A stretch of DNA of 48,860 bases from positions 1-48,860 of the forward strand of contig CATZIG010000001.1 of NCBI GenBank assembly GCA_958419975.1, read 5' to 3'. Positions 28,741 through 40,826 of this stretch are shown piece after piece (position 1 is the first letter of the stretch; each line of letters begins with the position of its first letter). A model generated the notes under the pieces. That model made no database searches. It was not told where the DNA came from and saw only the letters and a program-made list of their open reading frames with translations. The stretch is from an uncultured Collinsella sp. (GTDB lineage Bacteria > Actinomycetota > Coriobacteriia > Coriobacteriales > Coriobacteriaceae). A program made the translations under genes and the position numbers.

Positions 28741-30597
28741 TTACGCCGCCTCGTCGAACTGCGAGTTGTACAGGTCGGCGTAGAAGCCACCCTGGGCGAG
28801 CAACTCGTCGTGTGTGCCCTTCTCGACGATGTCGCCGTCGCGGATCACCAAGATCACGTCGGCGTTGCGAATCGTGGACAGGCGATGTGCGATAACAAAG
28901 CTGGTGCGGCCTTGCATCAGCGCATCCATGGCACGCTGAATAAGCTCCTCGGTACGAGTGTCAACGTTGGAGGTCGCCTCGTCGAGAATCAGCGCCGGGC
29001 GGTCGGCCAAAATGGCACGGGCGATGGTCACGAGCTGGCGCTGACCCTGCGACAGGTTAGTGCCCTCCTCGTTGATCATAAAGTCGTAGCCGCCGGCGAG
29101 TGTATGGATAAAGTGGTCGCAGCGTGCGGCACGTGCAGCGGCTTCGACCTCGGCATCGCTCGCATCGGGGCGTCCGTAACGGATGTTCTCGCGGATGGTA
29201 CCGTTAAACATCCAGGTGTCCTGCAGCACCATGGCAAACTCGCCGCGCAGCGCCGCGCGGTCCCAGTCGCGCACGTCGACGCCCTCGACGCGCAGCGAAC
29301 CGCCGTCCACATCGTAGAAGCGCTGCAGCAGCTTAATGAGCGTGGTCTTGCCGGCGCCGGTGGGGCCGACGATGGCGATGGTCTGGCCGGGCTGCGCCTC
29401 GCAGCTAAAGTCGTGGATGATGGTCTTGTCGGGCGTGTAGCCAAACTTGACATGGTCAAACTCCACGTGACCGGGGCGCTTCTCGGGGATCTGCGCGTCG
29501 GCCTTCTGCTCCTCTTCGGGCGCGGCCAGGAACTCAAAGACGCGCTCGGTGGCAGCTGCCATCGACTGCATCGTGTTGCTCACGTTGCCCAGCTGCTGCA
29601 CCGGCTGCGTAAAGTTGCGCACGTACTGAATGAAGCTCTGAATATCGCCGGGCGTGGCATTGCCGGTCAGCGCGAGCTGCGCGCCCACTACGACAACGCC
29701 CACGTAACCCATGTTGCCCACCAGGCTCATAAGCGGCATCATCAGGCCCGACAGGAACTGCGAGCGCCAGCCACTAATAAACAGGCGGTCGTTTTGACGG
29801 TCGAACTCCTCGATCGAGGCTTCGGCGCGGTCGAACACCTGAATGACGTTCTGGCCGGCAAAGTCCTCCTCGATAATGCCGTTGACGGTACCCAGGACCT
29901 GCTGCTGCTCGCGGAAGTACGGCTGCGAGAAGTGAATCATCACCATCAAGATAATCGCGGCGGCCGGCAGCGTGAGCACGGTGACGCCGGTGAGCGGCAG
30001 GCTGATCGACAGCATCATGACGAGGACGCCGATAATCTGCGTGACGGACGTAATAAGCTGCGTCACGCTCTGGTTGAGCGACTGGCCGAGCGTATCGACG
30101 TCGTTGGTGATGCGGCTGAGCACGTCGCCCTTGCTGTGGCCGTTGAAGTAACTCATCGGAACGACAGCGATCTTGGCGGCGATTTCCTTGCGCATGCGAT
30201 AACAAATCTTTTGCGTGACGCCGGTCATGAGCCAGCCTTGGATCAGGCTGCAGACAGAGCTCGCCAGATACAGACAGAGCAAAAAGCCGAGCGTCTTGGC
30301 GATCCAGTCAAAGTCGACATCGCCGGTGCCGTTGACCTTGGCGACCAGGCCTTCGAACAGTTTGGTGGTGACCTGGCCGAGCACCTTGGGCCCCACAATG
30401 TTAAAGATGACCGAGCACACGGCAAAGGCGACGGCGGCAAACACGGCAATCTTGTGCTGACCGATATAGCCAAGCAGCTGCCTCATGGTGCCCTTAAAGT
30501 CCTTGGCCTTTTCGCCGCGACGCATGCCGCCCATGCGGCCCATGGGACCACGCTGGCGGGTGGGCTTGGGAATCTGAGTCTTGGTCTCGTCTGCCAT
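28741..30597 (-). CDS. ABC exporter fused TMD-NBD, consensus-site subunit of a heterodimer
   Basis: GPTGAGKTT, LSQGQRQ, LDEATS, AHRLST. Confidence 0.93.
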   Translation of the reverse strand: MADETKTQIPKPTRQRGPMGRMGGMRRGEKAKDFKGTMRQLLGYIGQHKIAVFAAVAFAVCSVIFNIVGPKVLGQVTTKLFEGLVAKVNGTGDVDFDWIAKTLGFLLCLYLASSVCSLIQGWLMTGVTQKICYRMRKEIAAKIAVVPMSYFNGHSKGDVLSRITNDVDTLGQSLNQSVTQLITSVTQIIGVLVMMLSISLPLTGVTVLTLPAAAIILMVMIHFSQPYFREQQQVLGTVNGIIEEDFAGQNVIQVFDRAEASIEEFDRQNDRLFISGWRSQFLSGLMMPLMSLVGNMGYVGVVVVGAQLALTGNATPGDIQSFIQYVRNFTQPVQQLGNVSNTMQSMAAATERVFEFLAAPEEEQKADAQIPEKRPGHVEFDHVKFGYTPDKTIIHDFSCEAQPGQTIAIVGPTGAGKTTLIKLLQRFYDVDGGSLRVEGVDVRDWDRAALRGEFAMVLQDTWMFNGTIRENIRYGRPDASDAEVEAAARAARCDHFIHTLAGGYDFMINEEGTNLSQGQRQLVTIARAILADRPALILDEATSNVDTRTEELIQRAMDALMQGRTSFVIAHRLSTIRNADVILVIRDGDIVEKGTHDELLAQGGFYADLYNSQFDEAA

Positions 30598-32963
30598 TAG
30601 CGCTCGCCTCCTTCCGTGACGGCTGCAATTTCTTCTTGGGTAAGCCCCAGCTCCTCGGCGGAAAGCTGCGACTGTGCGATCTCCAGGTACGGCGGGCAGC
30701 TGCGCAGCAGCTCCTCGTGCGTACCGGTGCCCACCACGTGGCCGTCGTCGAGCACGATAATCTGGTCGGCGTGCATGATGGTCGCGATGCGCTGGGCCAC
30801 GACCACGAGTGCGGCGTCGGTAACGTTTTTGGCCAGCTCCTCGCGCAGGCGCGCGTCGGTCTTGTAGTCGAGGGCACTAAACGAGTCATCGAACACCACA
30901 ACCTCGGGCTTTTTGGCCAATGCGCGGGCGATGGCCAAGCGCTGGCGCTGACCACCCGAGACATTGGAGCCTCCCTGGCTGATGGGGGAGTCGTAGCCGC
31001 CCTCGCGCTCGGCGATAAAGTCCTCGGCCTGGGCGATGCGTGCCGCCCGGTGCATGTCATCATCGCTCACCATGTCGCCGGCAAACTTGAGGTTGCTCTC
31101 GACGGTGCCCGAGAACAGGCGACCCTGCTGCGGGATATAACCAATACGGCGACGCAGCTCGGAAAGGGTCATGTCGCGCACGTCGATACCGTCGAGCGAA
31201 ATGCTGCCGCCCGTGACGTCGTACAGGCGCGGAATCAACTGCACGAGCGTGGACTTGCCCGAGCCTGTGGAGCCAATGATGCCGAGCATCTGACCGGCAT
31301 GCGTGGTGAAGTTCACGCCGCTGATGACGTCGGCACGGGCATCGGGATACTGGAAGCTCACGTCGCGGAAGGTGAGCTCACCGCGCGGCGCGCTGGCAGC
31401 AGGCAGTTTGGGCGAGGCAGGGTCGTTGATGCTCGTGGGGCAGGTGATGACCTCTTCCACGCGCTCGGCTGCGACCTCGGCGCGGGGCAGGATGACCGAA
31501 ACCATGGTGAGGATCATAAACGCCATGACGATTTGCATGGTGTAGGAGATGAACGCCATCATGTTGCCGACCTGCATCACGCCGTTGGACACGCCCTGCG
31601 CGCCAAACCAGACGATAAGCACGGTGATGCAGTTCATGACGAGCATCATGAGCGGCATCATAAAGCTCATGGCGCGGTTGGTGTAGAGCTGCGTGGTCAT
31701 CAGGTCGAGCGAAGCCTTGTTAAAACGCTCGAGCTCATGCTCCTCGCGGTTGAACGAGCGGATAGGCATAAGGCCGTCGAGCAGCTCGCGGGCGGTAAGG
31801 TTCACGCGGTCCACAAAGCTCTGCATCTTTTTGAACTTGGGCATGGTGAGGCCCATGAGCACGCCGACAACGGCCGAAACCGCGATGATGGCCACGGCGA
31901 TGGTCCACTCCAGGCCGGTGTGGTTAGCCAGGACACGCATGACAGCGACGATGCCCATGACGGGGGCCATCAGGCACATGCGGATAAACAGGGTTGCGGC
32001 CATCTGGATCTGCTGAATGTCGTTGGTGCAGCGGGTGATGAGCGAGGCCTGGCTAAACTTGCCCACCTCGGCCGGCGAGAAGTGCATAACCTTGTCGAAG
32101 GTCTCGCGGCGCAGGTCGCGGGCGATGGAGCAGGCGGTGCGCGAAGCCACGGCACCGGTCAGGATGGTGGCGACGAGCGACACCAGGCACAGGCCAAACA
32201 TCGTGGTCGCCATGCGGCTCAGGTAAGCGTTCTGCACGTCGGCGGGGTCGATGCCCTGCGCTTTGTACTCTTCTTGTACGTAGGTCACGGCGCGCTGGGT
32301 CACGATGGAGCCCGACATGGAGCCCATTTTGTCTGCCATATCGTTGGCGCCCTCGACGAGCTTGCCCTGGTCGATTAGGCCGCCTTCAACGCCCAGGCGC
32401 AGGCTCTTCATGGTGATCTTGCCGCCGTCGGCGTCGATCTGCTTTTGCATGCTCTGCGCGGCTGCGGCCTTCTGCTGCATCTCGGCGAGTTGCTCGGGCG
32501 TCATGGCAGCCATCTGCTCGGGGGTGGGCATGGCCTGGGCAGCGTTGTTGTCTTTCTCGCTGGACGAGCCCATCATGTCGCCCATGGAGTTGGCGTCAAT
32601 GCCCTGGTCGAGCGAAAGGACGACAGTCTCGGGCAGGCTCATAATGTCGGCAATCTTGCCTCCATCGGCACGCTCTTCCTCGGTGCCCTTGTACGTTCGA
32701 ATGCCGTTTTTGTCAGCCTTGCTAAACACGGCCTCCACAGCCTTGGCGTCCTTGGCGCTCATAAAGAGTTCGAGGTCGTCGAGCGATTCGGCGCGAATGG
32801 TGTCGGGCACGGGCGAGGCGATGCCGCCTTGCTGCACACCCACGTCGACGATGTCGCTCATATAGGTAGGCAGCGCCAGATCGGCGTTGCAGCTGATTAC
32901 GATAAGCACGATAGCTGCGAACAGTGCCAGGACATGCTTTTTAAAGAGCTTGAGAATCCTCAC
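30597..32963 (-). CDS. ABC exporter fused TMD-NBD, degenerate-site subunit with a large first extracellular insertion
   Basis: GSTGSGKST, VSGGQRQR, degenerate FDDSFSALD and AQR. Confidence 0.93.
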   Translation of the reverse strand: MRILKLFKKHVLALFAAIVLIVISCNADLALPTYMSDIVDVGVQQGGIASPVPDTIRAESLDDLELFMSAKDAKAVEAVFSKADKNGIRTYKGTEEERADGGKIADIMSLPETVVLSLDQGIDANSMGDMMGSSSEKDNNAAQAMPTPEQMAAMTPEQLAEMQQKAAAAQSMQKQIDADGGKITMKSLRLGVEGGLIDQGKLVEGANDMADKMGSMSGSIVTQRAVTYVQEEYKAQGIDPADVQNAYLSRMATTMFGLCLVSLVATILTGAVASRTACSIARDLRRETFDKVMHFSPAEVGKFSQASLITRCTNDIQQIQMAATLFIRMCLMAPVMGIVAVMRVLANHTGLEWTIAVAIIAVSAVVGVLMGLTMPKFKKMQSFVDRVNLTARELLDGLMPIRSFNREEHELERFNKASLDLMTTQLYTNRAMSFMMPLMMLVMNCITVLIVWFGAQGVSNGVMQVGNMMAFISYTMQIVMAFMILTMVSVILPRAEVAAERVEEVITCPTSINDPASPKLPAASAPRGELTFRDVSFQYPDARADVISGVNFTTHAGQMLGIIGSTGSGKSTLVQLIPRLYDVTGGSISLDGIDVRDMTLSELRRRIGYIPQQGRLFSGTVESNLKFAGDMVSDDDMHRAARIAQAEDFIAEREGGYDSPISQGGSNVSGGQRQRLAIARALAKKPEVVVFDDSFSALDYKTDARLREELAKNVTDAALVVVAQRIATIMHADQIIVLDDGHVVGTGTHEELLRSCPPYLEIAQSQLSAEELGLTQEEIAAVTEGGER

Positions 32964-33409
32964 TCGGCATCTCTCCTTTCTTGATTGCGGTCGATAATTT
33001 CGTTGGCACGTCTAAGAAGACGCACCATCTCTTGGGTATCTGTTTCGCCGAGCTGCTCGAGGAAAGCCGCGGTGCGGTCCTCGAATTCCCGGCGTTTGAT
33101 TTCGAGATCCTGGAATCCCTTGTCGGTCACTATGACGTGTACGCGACGACGGTCAGTCTTTGAGTGCTCGCGCTCGACCCAGCCCTTGGCTTCGAGAGCG
33201 CGTAGGATATTGGCGATGCGGGCACTCGAGACCCAGGCGCGATCAGCGAGTTCGCTCGGCGTGAGCGAACCGCCGGCGAGTATGAGGGCGCGCATGACAG
33301 CCATTTCGCCGCCGAGAGCTTTGTCCGCAAAGCGCGAAATGCGCTGATGCATGCTGCCGAACTCGGTAAGGAGCTGACGCCCAAGTTCACGGAAATCGGT
33401 ATCTTCCAC
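32960..33409 (-). CDS. MarR-family transcriptional regulator
   Basis: TPSELA..., LEAKGWVER...DRRRVHVIVTDKG. 4-nt overlap with the ABC gene. Confidence 0.88.
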   Translation of the reverse strand: MEDTDFRELGRQLLTEFGSMHQRISRFADKALGGEMAVMRALILAGGSLTPSELADRAWVSSARIANILRALEAKGWVEREHSKTDRRRVHVIVTDKGFQDLEIKRREFEDRTAAFLEQLGETDTQEMVRLLRRANEIIDRNQERRDAE

Positions 33410-33958
33410 CGAAAACCCCTAACACTAGAAACTATTTTCGGTGAAAGATGATACCCTTGCACGCGCACCCTATGCGGTAGATTTTGGGACATGTCTAGAA
33501 AACTACCTTTAGGCGACCTCCGTACACCGTCGGTGCCAGCAAAGTTAGGGGCAGATCGTTAGACATGTCCTAAAGCCTACTCAGAGGCACTTTACCCTGG
33601 TAAAGCTGGCATAACAGCTAGGGTGAACGTCGTACAAAGGCAAGGAAAAAACCAAACAAATCGGTGAACGGTAGTTGTTTGCGCTCGCATTTCCTGCAGG
33701 TTTGTAAAAAAAGCCCTTATGTTATAAAAAAAGGAACATATAACAGCACTGATGAAGGGGGTGGCTATGTTATCCTTCTCAAACGGGTGAAATCTTGGGT
33801 TTTGGGTTGCAGTTCCAAGGTGGACAAACGTTTTTCCCTGTACCAACGTGTGGTGAAGAACGGAAGAAGCCGGTAGTGCAAGCCGAAAATTCAAGAATTC
33901 AATAAGCAGCGGTGTGAGAGAGCGCCGCATTACACGTAACTAGGAGCGTGGTTACACA

Positions 33959-36010
<2,052 letters not shown>

Positions 36011-36095
36011 CTATTGTTAGTGCTATACTAACAATAACGATTACTGATTAGTGCGCCGGTTTCGGCCGGCGCCTATTAATCGAAGGAGACACATT

Positions 36096-36347
36096 ATGAA
36101 GGTTTCTGAAGTTTCCGAGACCCAGGCCGATAACCTGGTCCACATGCTCGACGCTTACGCCGAGAAGGGTGGCCACCACCTGAACATCAACGTCTTCAAC
36201 CGTGAGACGCTGCTCGACGCTCAGGCTCACCCCGAGAAGTATCCGCAGCTGACCATCCGCGTTTCCGGCTATGCCGTGAACTTCCACACGCTCACCAAGG
36301 AGCAGCAGGACGAGGTCATTGCGCGTACCTTCCACGACAAGTTCTAA
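36096..36347 (+). CDS. Stand-alone glycyl-radical domain protein (GrcA-like), 83 aa
   Basis: GGHHLNINV...[17 protein letters not shown]...[12 protein letters not shown]. Own SD AAGGAG. Confidence 0.92.
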   Translation: MKVSEVSETQADNLVHMLDAYAEKGGHHLNINVFNRETLLDAQAHPEKYPQLTIRVSGYAVNFHTLTKEQQDEVIARTFHDKF

Positions 36348-36374
36348 AGGGTTCAACTCCTGTAGGATTACTGG

Positions 36375-36497
36375 GGCCGGTTTTGGGTTATTTCCCAAAA
36401 CGTCCTCGGACATGCAAAGAGGCTCCGCTGCGCGCGTTGCGCGGCGGAGCCTCTTTGCGTCCTGCGGGATGTTTTGGAAAATAACCCAAAACCGGCC
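36375..36497. repeat. Long bulged hairpin element
   Basis: 27-bp arms with 1 mismatch (36375-36401 / 36471-36497) and an inner stem. Outer pairing extends to about 36345-36525. Confidence 0.85.
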
Positions 36498-36650
36498 ATG
36501 TGGGGTCCTTTGGAGTCACCCTTTAGGCGGAACTCTCCTAATTATTTGGATGAGTCGTTTACTTACTTGTGCTGTTACCGTCTTCCCGCTGTTGTTGGGG
36601 TATGCTTTGTTCGTATGTAAACGTATGACATGTTGATGGGGGAGGTTGCT

Positions 36651-37661
36651 ATGGCTCGCGAGGGCGCTCGTTCTAAGGATTCAGCTAAGCCTGGCATCAA
36701 GGAAGTTGCAGCGGTGGCGGGGGTTTCGCCTACTACGGTATCTCGCGTGCTTAATAATCGCGGCTATATTAGCCAAGAGACCCGCGATAAGGTCCATGCC
36801 GCGATGAAACGCATCAACTATACGCCCAACGATATCGCCCGTGCCATGCTCAACGGTCGCCTGAATCTAATAGGTATGATCGTCCCCTATGTCAGCAGCC
36901 CGTTTCATGCACAAGCGGTTCAAGCCGTTGAGCGTACCCTGGCCGAAAACGGTTTTAAGATGCTGCTGTGCAATAGTGCCAATCGACCTGATCTTGAGCG
37001 TTCTTATATCGATATGCTTCGGCGCAATATGGTTGATGGCGTCATTGTCAACTCGCTTAATATCGGTGCCGAGGCGTATGCCGAGATGGGTTTGAGTCTG
37101 GTTGGTATCGACTGCGACCTTGGCGAGGCCTCTGTTCAGATTGCGAGCGACAGCTATAGTATCGGCGAACTTGCCACGCGTCGCCTGATCGATGACGGGT
37201 GTTCGCGCATCCTGTGCCTGCGCAGCAATAGCCGCATGCGCATGCCTGCCAATAAGCGTACCGATGCCTACCTCGATGTTGTTGAGCAGGCCGGTTTGCC
37301 CGCGCTTGTCCGTGAGGTCGAGTTCGTTAAGCCCGACGACGAAAAGAGCGCGGTCGTTGCGAAGATCCTCGATGAGAACCCCGATATTGACGGCATCTTT
37401 GCGGGAGACGACACGATGGCGGCTATCTGTCTTAACGTGATGAAGCAGCTCGGCTTGAGCGCTCCGGGCGATATTAAGGTCGTGGGCGCGGATGGTGCCC
37501 GCCGCACTATGACGTTTATGCCTGACTTAACAACCGTACGCCAAGATATCGATCGCATCGGAGAGCTCGCGGCGCAATCCATCATTGCTCTTATTAACGG
37601 CGAAAAGCCCGAATCGAATATCAAGCTCCCCGTTGAACTCATTGAGGGTAAAACCGCGTAG
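36651..37661 (+). CDS. LacI-family regulator (ScrR-like)
   Basis: IKEVAAVAGVSPTTVSRVLNNRGYIS, typical of sucrose repressors. Next to GH32 and PTS genes. Confidence 0.9.
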   Translation: MAREGARSKDSAKPGIKEVAAVAGVSPTTVSRVLNNRGYISQETRDKVHAAMKRINYTPNDIARAMLNGRLNLIGMIVPYVSSPFHAQAVQAVERTLAENGFKMLLCNSANRPDLERSYIDMLRRNMVDGVIVNSLNIGAEAYAEMGLSLVGIDCDLGEASVQIASDSYSIGELATRRLIDDGCSRILCLRSNSRMRMPANKRTDAYLDVVEQAGLPALVREVEFVKPDDEKSAVVAKILDENPDIDGIFAGDDTMAAICLNVMKQLGLSAPGDIKVVGADGARRTMTFMPDLTTVRQDIDRIGELAAQSIIALINGEKPESNIKLPVELIEGKTA

Positions 37662-37764
37662 TTCATCCCGTGCCAAAAGAATTCCTCAAACACCTCTGAT
37701 GACCGTTCGCCGGCATATGTCAACCGTTTGCCGACGACTGGAACTGCGAAAAGACGTATTGGTG

Positions 37765-37796
37765 TGAAAACGTTTGACATATGAAAACGATTGACA
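37765..37796. promoter_or_regulatory. Tandem LacI/ScrR-type operators TGAAAACG(T/A)TTGACA
   Basis: Copies at 37765-37779 and 37782-37796, related sites at 37718-37732 (reverse) and 36616-36630. Confidence 0.7.
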
Positions 37797-37845
37797 TATC
37801 TTGCAGTTGTACCGAGTTAGTATCTCGTGAGAAAGGAAGTCTCGG

Positions 37846-39228
37846 ATGCACAAGGTGTATTACCAGCCTGAGGGAATTTGGGTAGGCGACATCATGCCGT
37901 ACGGCGAGGACGGCACGTTCTATCTCTATCATCAGCGTGACACGCGAAACCCCGGACCTTTCGGAGAGCCGTTTGGCTGGGCACTCGCGACAACCAAGGA
38001 CTTCGTCAATTACAAAGACTTTGGCGAGAGCCTTGAGCGTGGCGGCGACGAGGAAGTCGACCAGTATGTTTATGCCGGCACGGGGTTTAAGGTGGGCGAC
38101 AAGTACCATGCGCTCTACACTGGTTGCAATCGCGATAAGGTCAAGGCACGCTTGATGAAGCAGGTTCTTCTTCACGCAACGAGTGACGACGCCGTCAAGT
38201 GGGAGAAGAACATCGCCGAGACGCTGCTTCCGCCCCAGGAGGGTTACGATGACCGCAACTGGCGCGATCCCTTTGTGCTTTGGGATGAGGAGAACGAAGA
38301 GTACATGCTCATCCTCGGCACGCGTGTGGGCGAGGACAAGCGTCTGATGACCGGTCGTCTGGTCAAGTTCACCTCCAAGGACCTGGATACCTGGGAGTTC
38401 CAGGGCGACTGGTGGAATCCGGGCCTGTACACCATGTTCGAGATGCCTGATCTCTTTAAGATGGGCGACTGGTGGTATCTGGTGTTCTCCGAGTACAGTG
38501 ATGGCAACAAGACCCGTTACCGCATGTCTCGCTCTATCAACGGTCCTTGGATCACTCCTGCGGACGATTCCTTCGATGGCCGCGCGTACTATGCCGCGCG
38601 TACCGCATTTGACGGCGAGCGCCGCGTTCTCTTTGGTTGGGTTCCTACGCGTGACGAGGGCGGCGACCCCAGCTCTTACCTGTGGGGTGGCACCTTTATG
38701 CCCCTCGAGATCGTTCAGCGTGCCGACGGAACGCTCGGCACCAAGCTTCCTGATAGCATGCTTGGCGCCTTTGGCGAGGCTAAGGCAGTCGAGGCCTTTG
38801 AGCTCTCCTGCGAGTCGGGCAAGGTCGAGCAGGTGCTCGCCGCGGATGCCGGTTCCACCTATATGCTCGATGCCGACATCGAGCTCGCCGGTGACGCTGC
38901 CGGCTTCTCGGTGAAGCTTGCCGAGGACGCCGAGTCCGGTCTTGCCTATGAGTTCCGCGCCAACCTGCGTGAGGGCAAGCTCGAGTTTACGGCGGCCCCC
39001 CAGTATCCGTGGTTCCAGGTCAACAACATGGGCCTCGAGCGTCCGTTGTTCTTTAAGGGCGAGGGCACTCATCATGTGCGCCTGGTCGTCGACGACGACA
39101 TCGCGACCATCTTTGTCGATGATGTTGCGCTTAACGCTCGATTCTGCAATAAGCAGGGCCAGGGTGTGGCGCTGACGGTCACCGACGGTACGCTTAAGTG
39201 CGCAAATGCAACGATCGCGTCTCTGTAA
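37846..39228 (+). CDS. GH32-like beta-fructosidase with atypical motifs
   Basis: WVGDIMP, WRDPF and FEMPDLF motifs, five-blade propeller pattern, no signal peptide. Confidence 0.8.
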   Translation: MHKVYYQPEGIWVGDIMPYGEDGTFYLYHQRDTRNPGPFGEPFGWALATTKDFVNYKDFGESLERGGDEEVDQYVYAGTGFKVGDKYHALYTGCNRDKVKARLMKQVLLHATSDDAVKWEKNIAETLLPPQEGYDDRNWRDPFVLWDEENEEYMLILGTRVGEDKRLMTGRLVKFTSKDLDTWEFQGDWWNPGLYTMFEMPDLFKMGDWWYLVFSEYSDGNKTRYRMSRSINGPWITPADDSFDGRAYYAARTAFDGERRVLFGWVPTRDEGGDPSSYLWGGTFMPLEIVQRADGTLGTKLPDSMLGAFGEAKAVEAFELSCESGKVEQVLAADAGSTYMLDADIELAGDAAGFSVKLAEDAESGLAYEFRANLREGKLEFTAAPQYPWFQVNNMGLERPLFFKGEGTHHVRLVVDDDIATIFVDDVALNARFCNKQGQGVALTVTDGTLKCANATIASL

Positions 39229-39273
39229 TGGCATCAAAACGTCTTATGCTTTCGTAAAGGAATGGAGAGGAAC

Positions 39274-40725
39274 ATGGACTACAAAGTAGTGTCTCAGCAA
39301 GTCGTCGATAACGTCGGCGGTCTGGAGAACATCGAGGGCGCCACGCATTGCGTTACGCGTCTGCGTCTGGTGCTCAAGGATACGAGCAAGTACAACAAGG
39401 CCGAGCTCGAGAACATCGATGGCGTCAAGGGCGTGCTGTACAACAGCGGCCAGCTCATGATCATCTTCGGTACCGGTACCGTCAACAAGGTTTACGATGA
39501 GTTTATGGCTCTGACGGGCGTTAAGGAGATCAGCGCTTCCGAGGTCAAGGGCGCCGAGGCGGACAAGAAGGGCAAGTTCTTCTCGGTCCTCAAGGTATTC
39601 TCGGACATCTTTATCCCCATCATTCCCGCTTTCGTCGGCGCTGCTATCATCATCGGCCTTAAGTCGCTGATCGTTGCCAACGGCCTCTTTGGCATGGAGG
39701 GCAGCCTCGCCGATCACAGCGAGTTCCTCAAGAACCTCGCAAGCTTCTTTGCCATTATCGCCACCACCTTCGACTACCTACCTGTCCTGGTTATGTACAG
39801 CGCGATCAAGCGTTTTGGCGGTAACCCGATCCTGGGCATCCTCGTCGGTATCGTCATGGTTCACCCGAGCCTTATGAACCGTAACACGTTCGTTATGGAC
39901 CCGACGGGTGCTGAGTACTGGAACTTCGGTCCGCTCTCCATTCCCATGGTTGCTTTCCAGGGCGGCGTGTTCCCTGCAATCCTGACTGCCTGGTTTATGG
40001 CCAAGGTCGAGAAGATTGCCCAGAAGTACATCCCCGAGGTCGTTTCGTTCGTCTTTGTCCCGACCGTTACCCTGATTCTTGCTAACGTCGCCCTGTTCAC
40101 CGTGTTCGGCCCGCTCGGCAACCTGATCGGCGACGTCCTCGCCGGCGTAATCGATATCCTGTACAACAGGATGGGCGTCTTCGGTGCCTTTGTCTTTGCC
40201 GCATTCCTGCAGCCGCTCGTCGTTACCGGTACGCATCAGTTCATCCAGGGTATCGAGGCAAACCTCGTCGCCACGACTGGCTTCAACTACATCCAGGCCA
40301 TCTGGTCGGTTTCCATCATCGCCCAGGGCGGCGGCGCCATCGGCATGTACCTCATTCACAAGAAGCATTCCAAAGAGCGCAACATCTGCATGTCGTCCTT
40401 TATCCCGACGCTGGTCGGTATCTCCGAGCCCGCAATCTTTGCTGCAAACATGCGCTACTCGATCATCCCGTTCATCTGCGCTTGCATCGGTGCAGGCTGC
40501 GGCGGTGCCTTCGTGAAGCTCTTTGAGGTGCGCGCCATCGGTCAGGGTCTGACCGGCGTGCTTGGCCTGCTCATCGTCACGCCCGAGACGCTCGTGTGGT
40601 ATGTGGCTGGCAATCTCATCGCCTTTATCGTGCCGATCGTCTTGATCTTTGCCTACAACAAGGCAAAGGGCGTGCCGACCACTGATGAAGAGGGCGCTGG
40701 TGCTGGCTTTGATGTCAGCTTCTAG
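39274..40725 (+). CDS. scrA: PTS sucrose/trehalose-family EIIBC
   Basis: HCVTRLRLVL EIIB Cys motif, VVTGTHQ, GISEPAIF. Flanked by GH32 genes. Confidence 0.8.
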   Translation: MDYKVVSQQVVDNVGGLENIEGATHCVTRLRLVLKDTSKYNKAELENIDGVKGVLYNSGQLMIIFGTGTVNKVYDEFMALTGVKEISASEVKGAEADKKGKFFSVLKVFSDIFIPIIPAFVGAAIIIGLKSLIVANGLFGMEGSLADHSEFLKNLASFFAIIATTFDYLPVLVMYSAIKRFGGNPILGILVGIVMVHPSLMNRNTFVMDPTGAEYWNFGPLSIPMVAFQGGVFPAILTAWFMAKVEKIAQKYIPEVVSFVFVPTVTLILANVALFTVFGPLGNLIGDVLAGVIDILYNRMGVFGAFVFAAFLQPLVVTGTHQFIQGIEANLVATTGFNYIQAIWSVSIIAQGGGAIGMYLIHKKHSKERNICMSSFIPTLVGISEPAIFAANMRYSIIPFICACIGAGCGGAFVKLFEVRAIGQGLTGVLGLLIVTPETLVWYVAGNLIAFIVPIVLIFAYNKAKGVPTTDEEGAGAGFDVSF

Positions 40726-40761
40726 TTGAGCCGTTCAGCGTAATCTGAGGATAAGTCCATT

Positions 40762-40805
40762 TGGGGAAGGGCGTTCGACTCGTGTGAGTCGAGCGTCCTT
40801 CCCCA
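40762..40805. other. Intercistronic stem-loop
   Basis: TGGGGAAGGGCGTTCGACTC-gtgt-GAGTCGAGCGTCCTTCCCCA. Confidence 0.6.
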
Positions 40806-40826
40806 TAGACGAGAAAGTCAACGGCG

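Noticed and set aside
33780..33958. ZMP/ZTP (pfl) riboswitch upstream of pflB
   Set aside because: The characteristic GACUGGCG...GUGG and CGCCUGGG segments were not found by eye.
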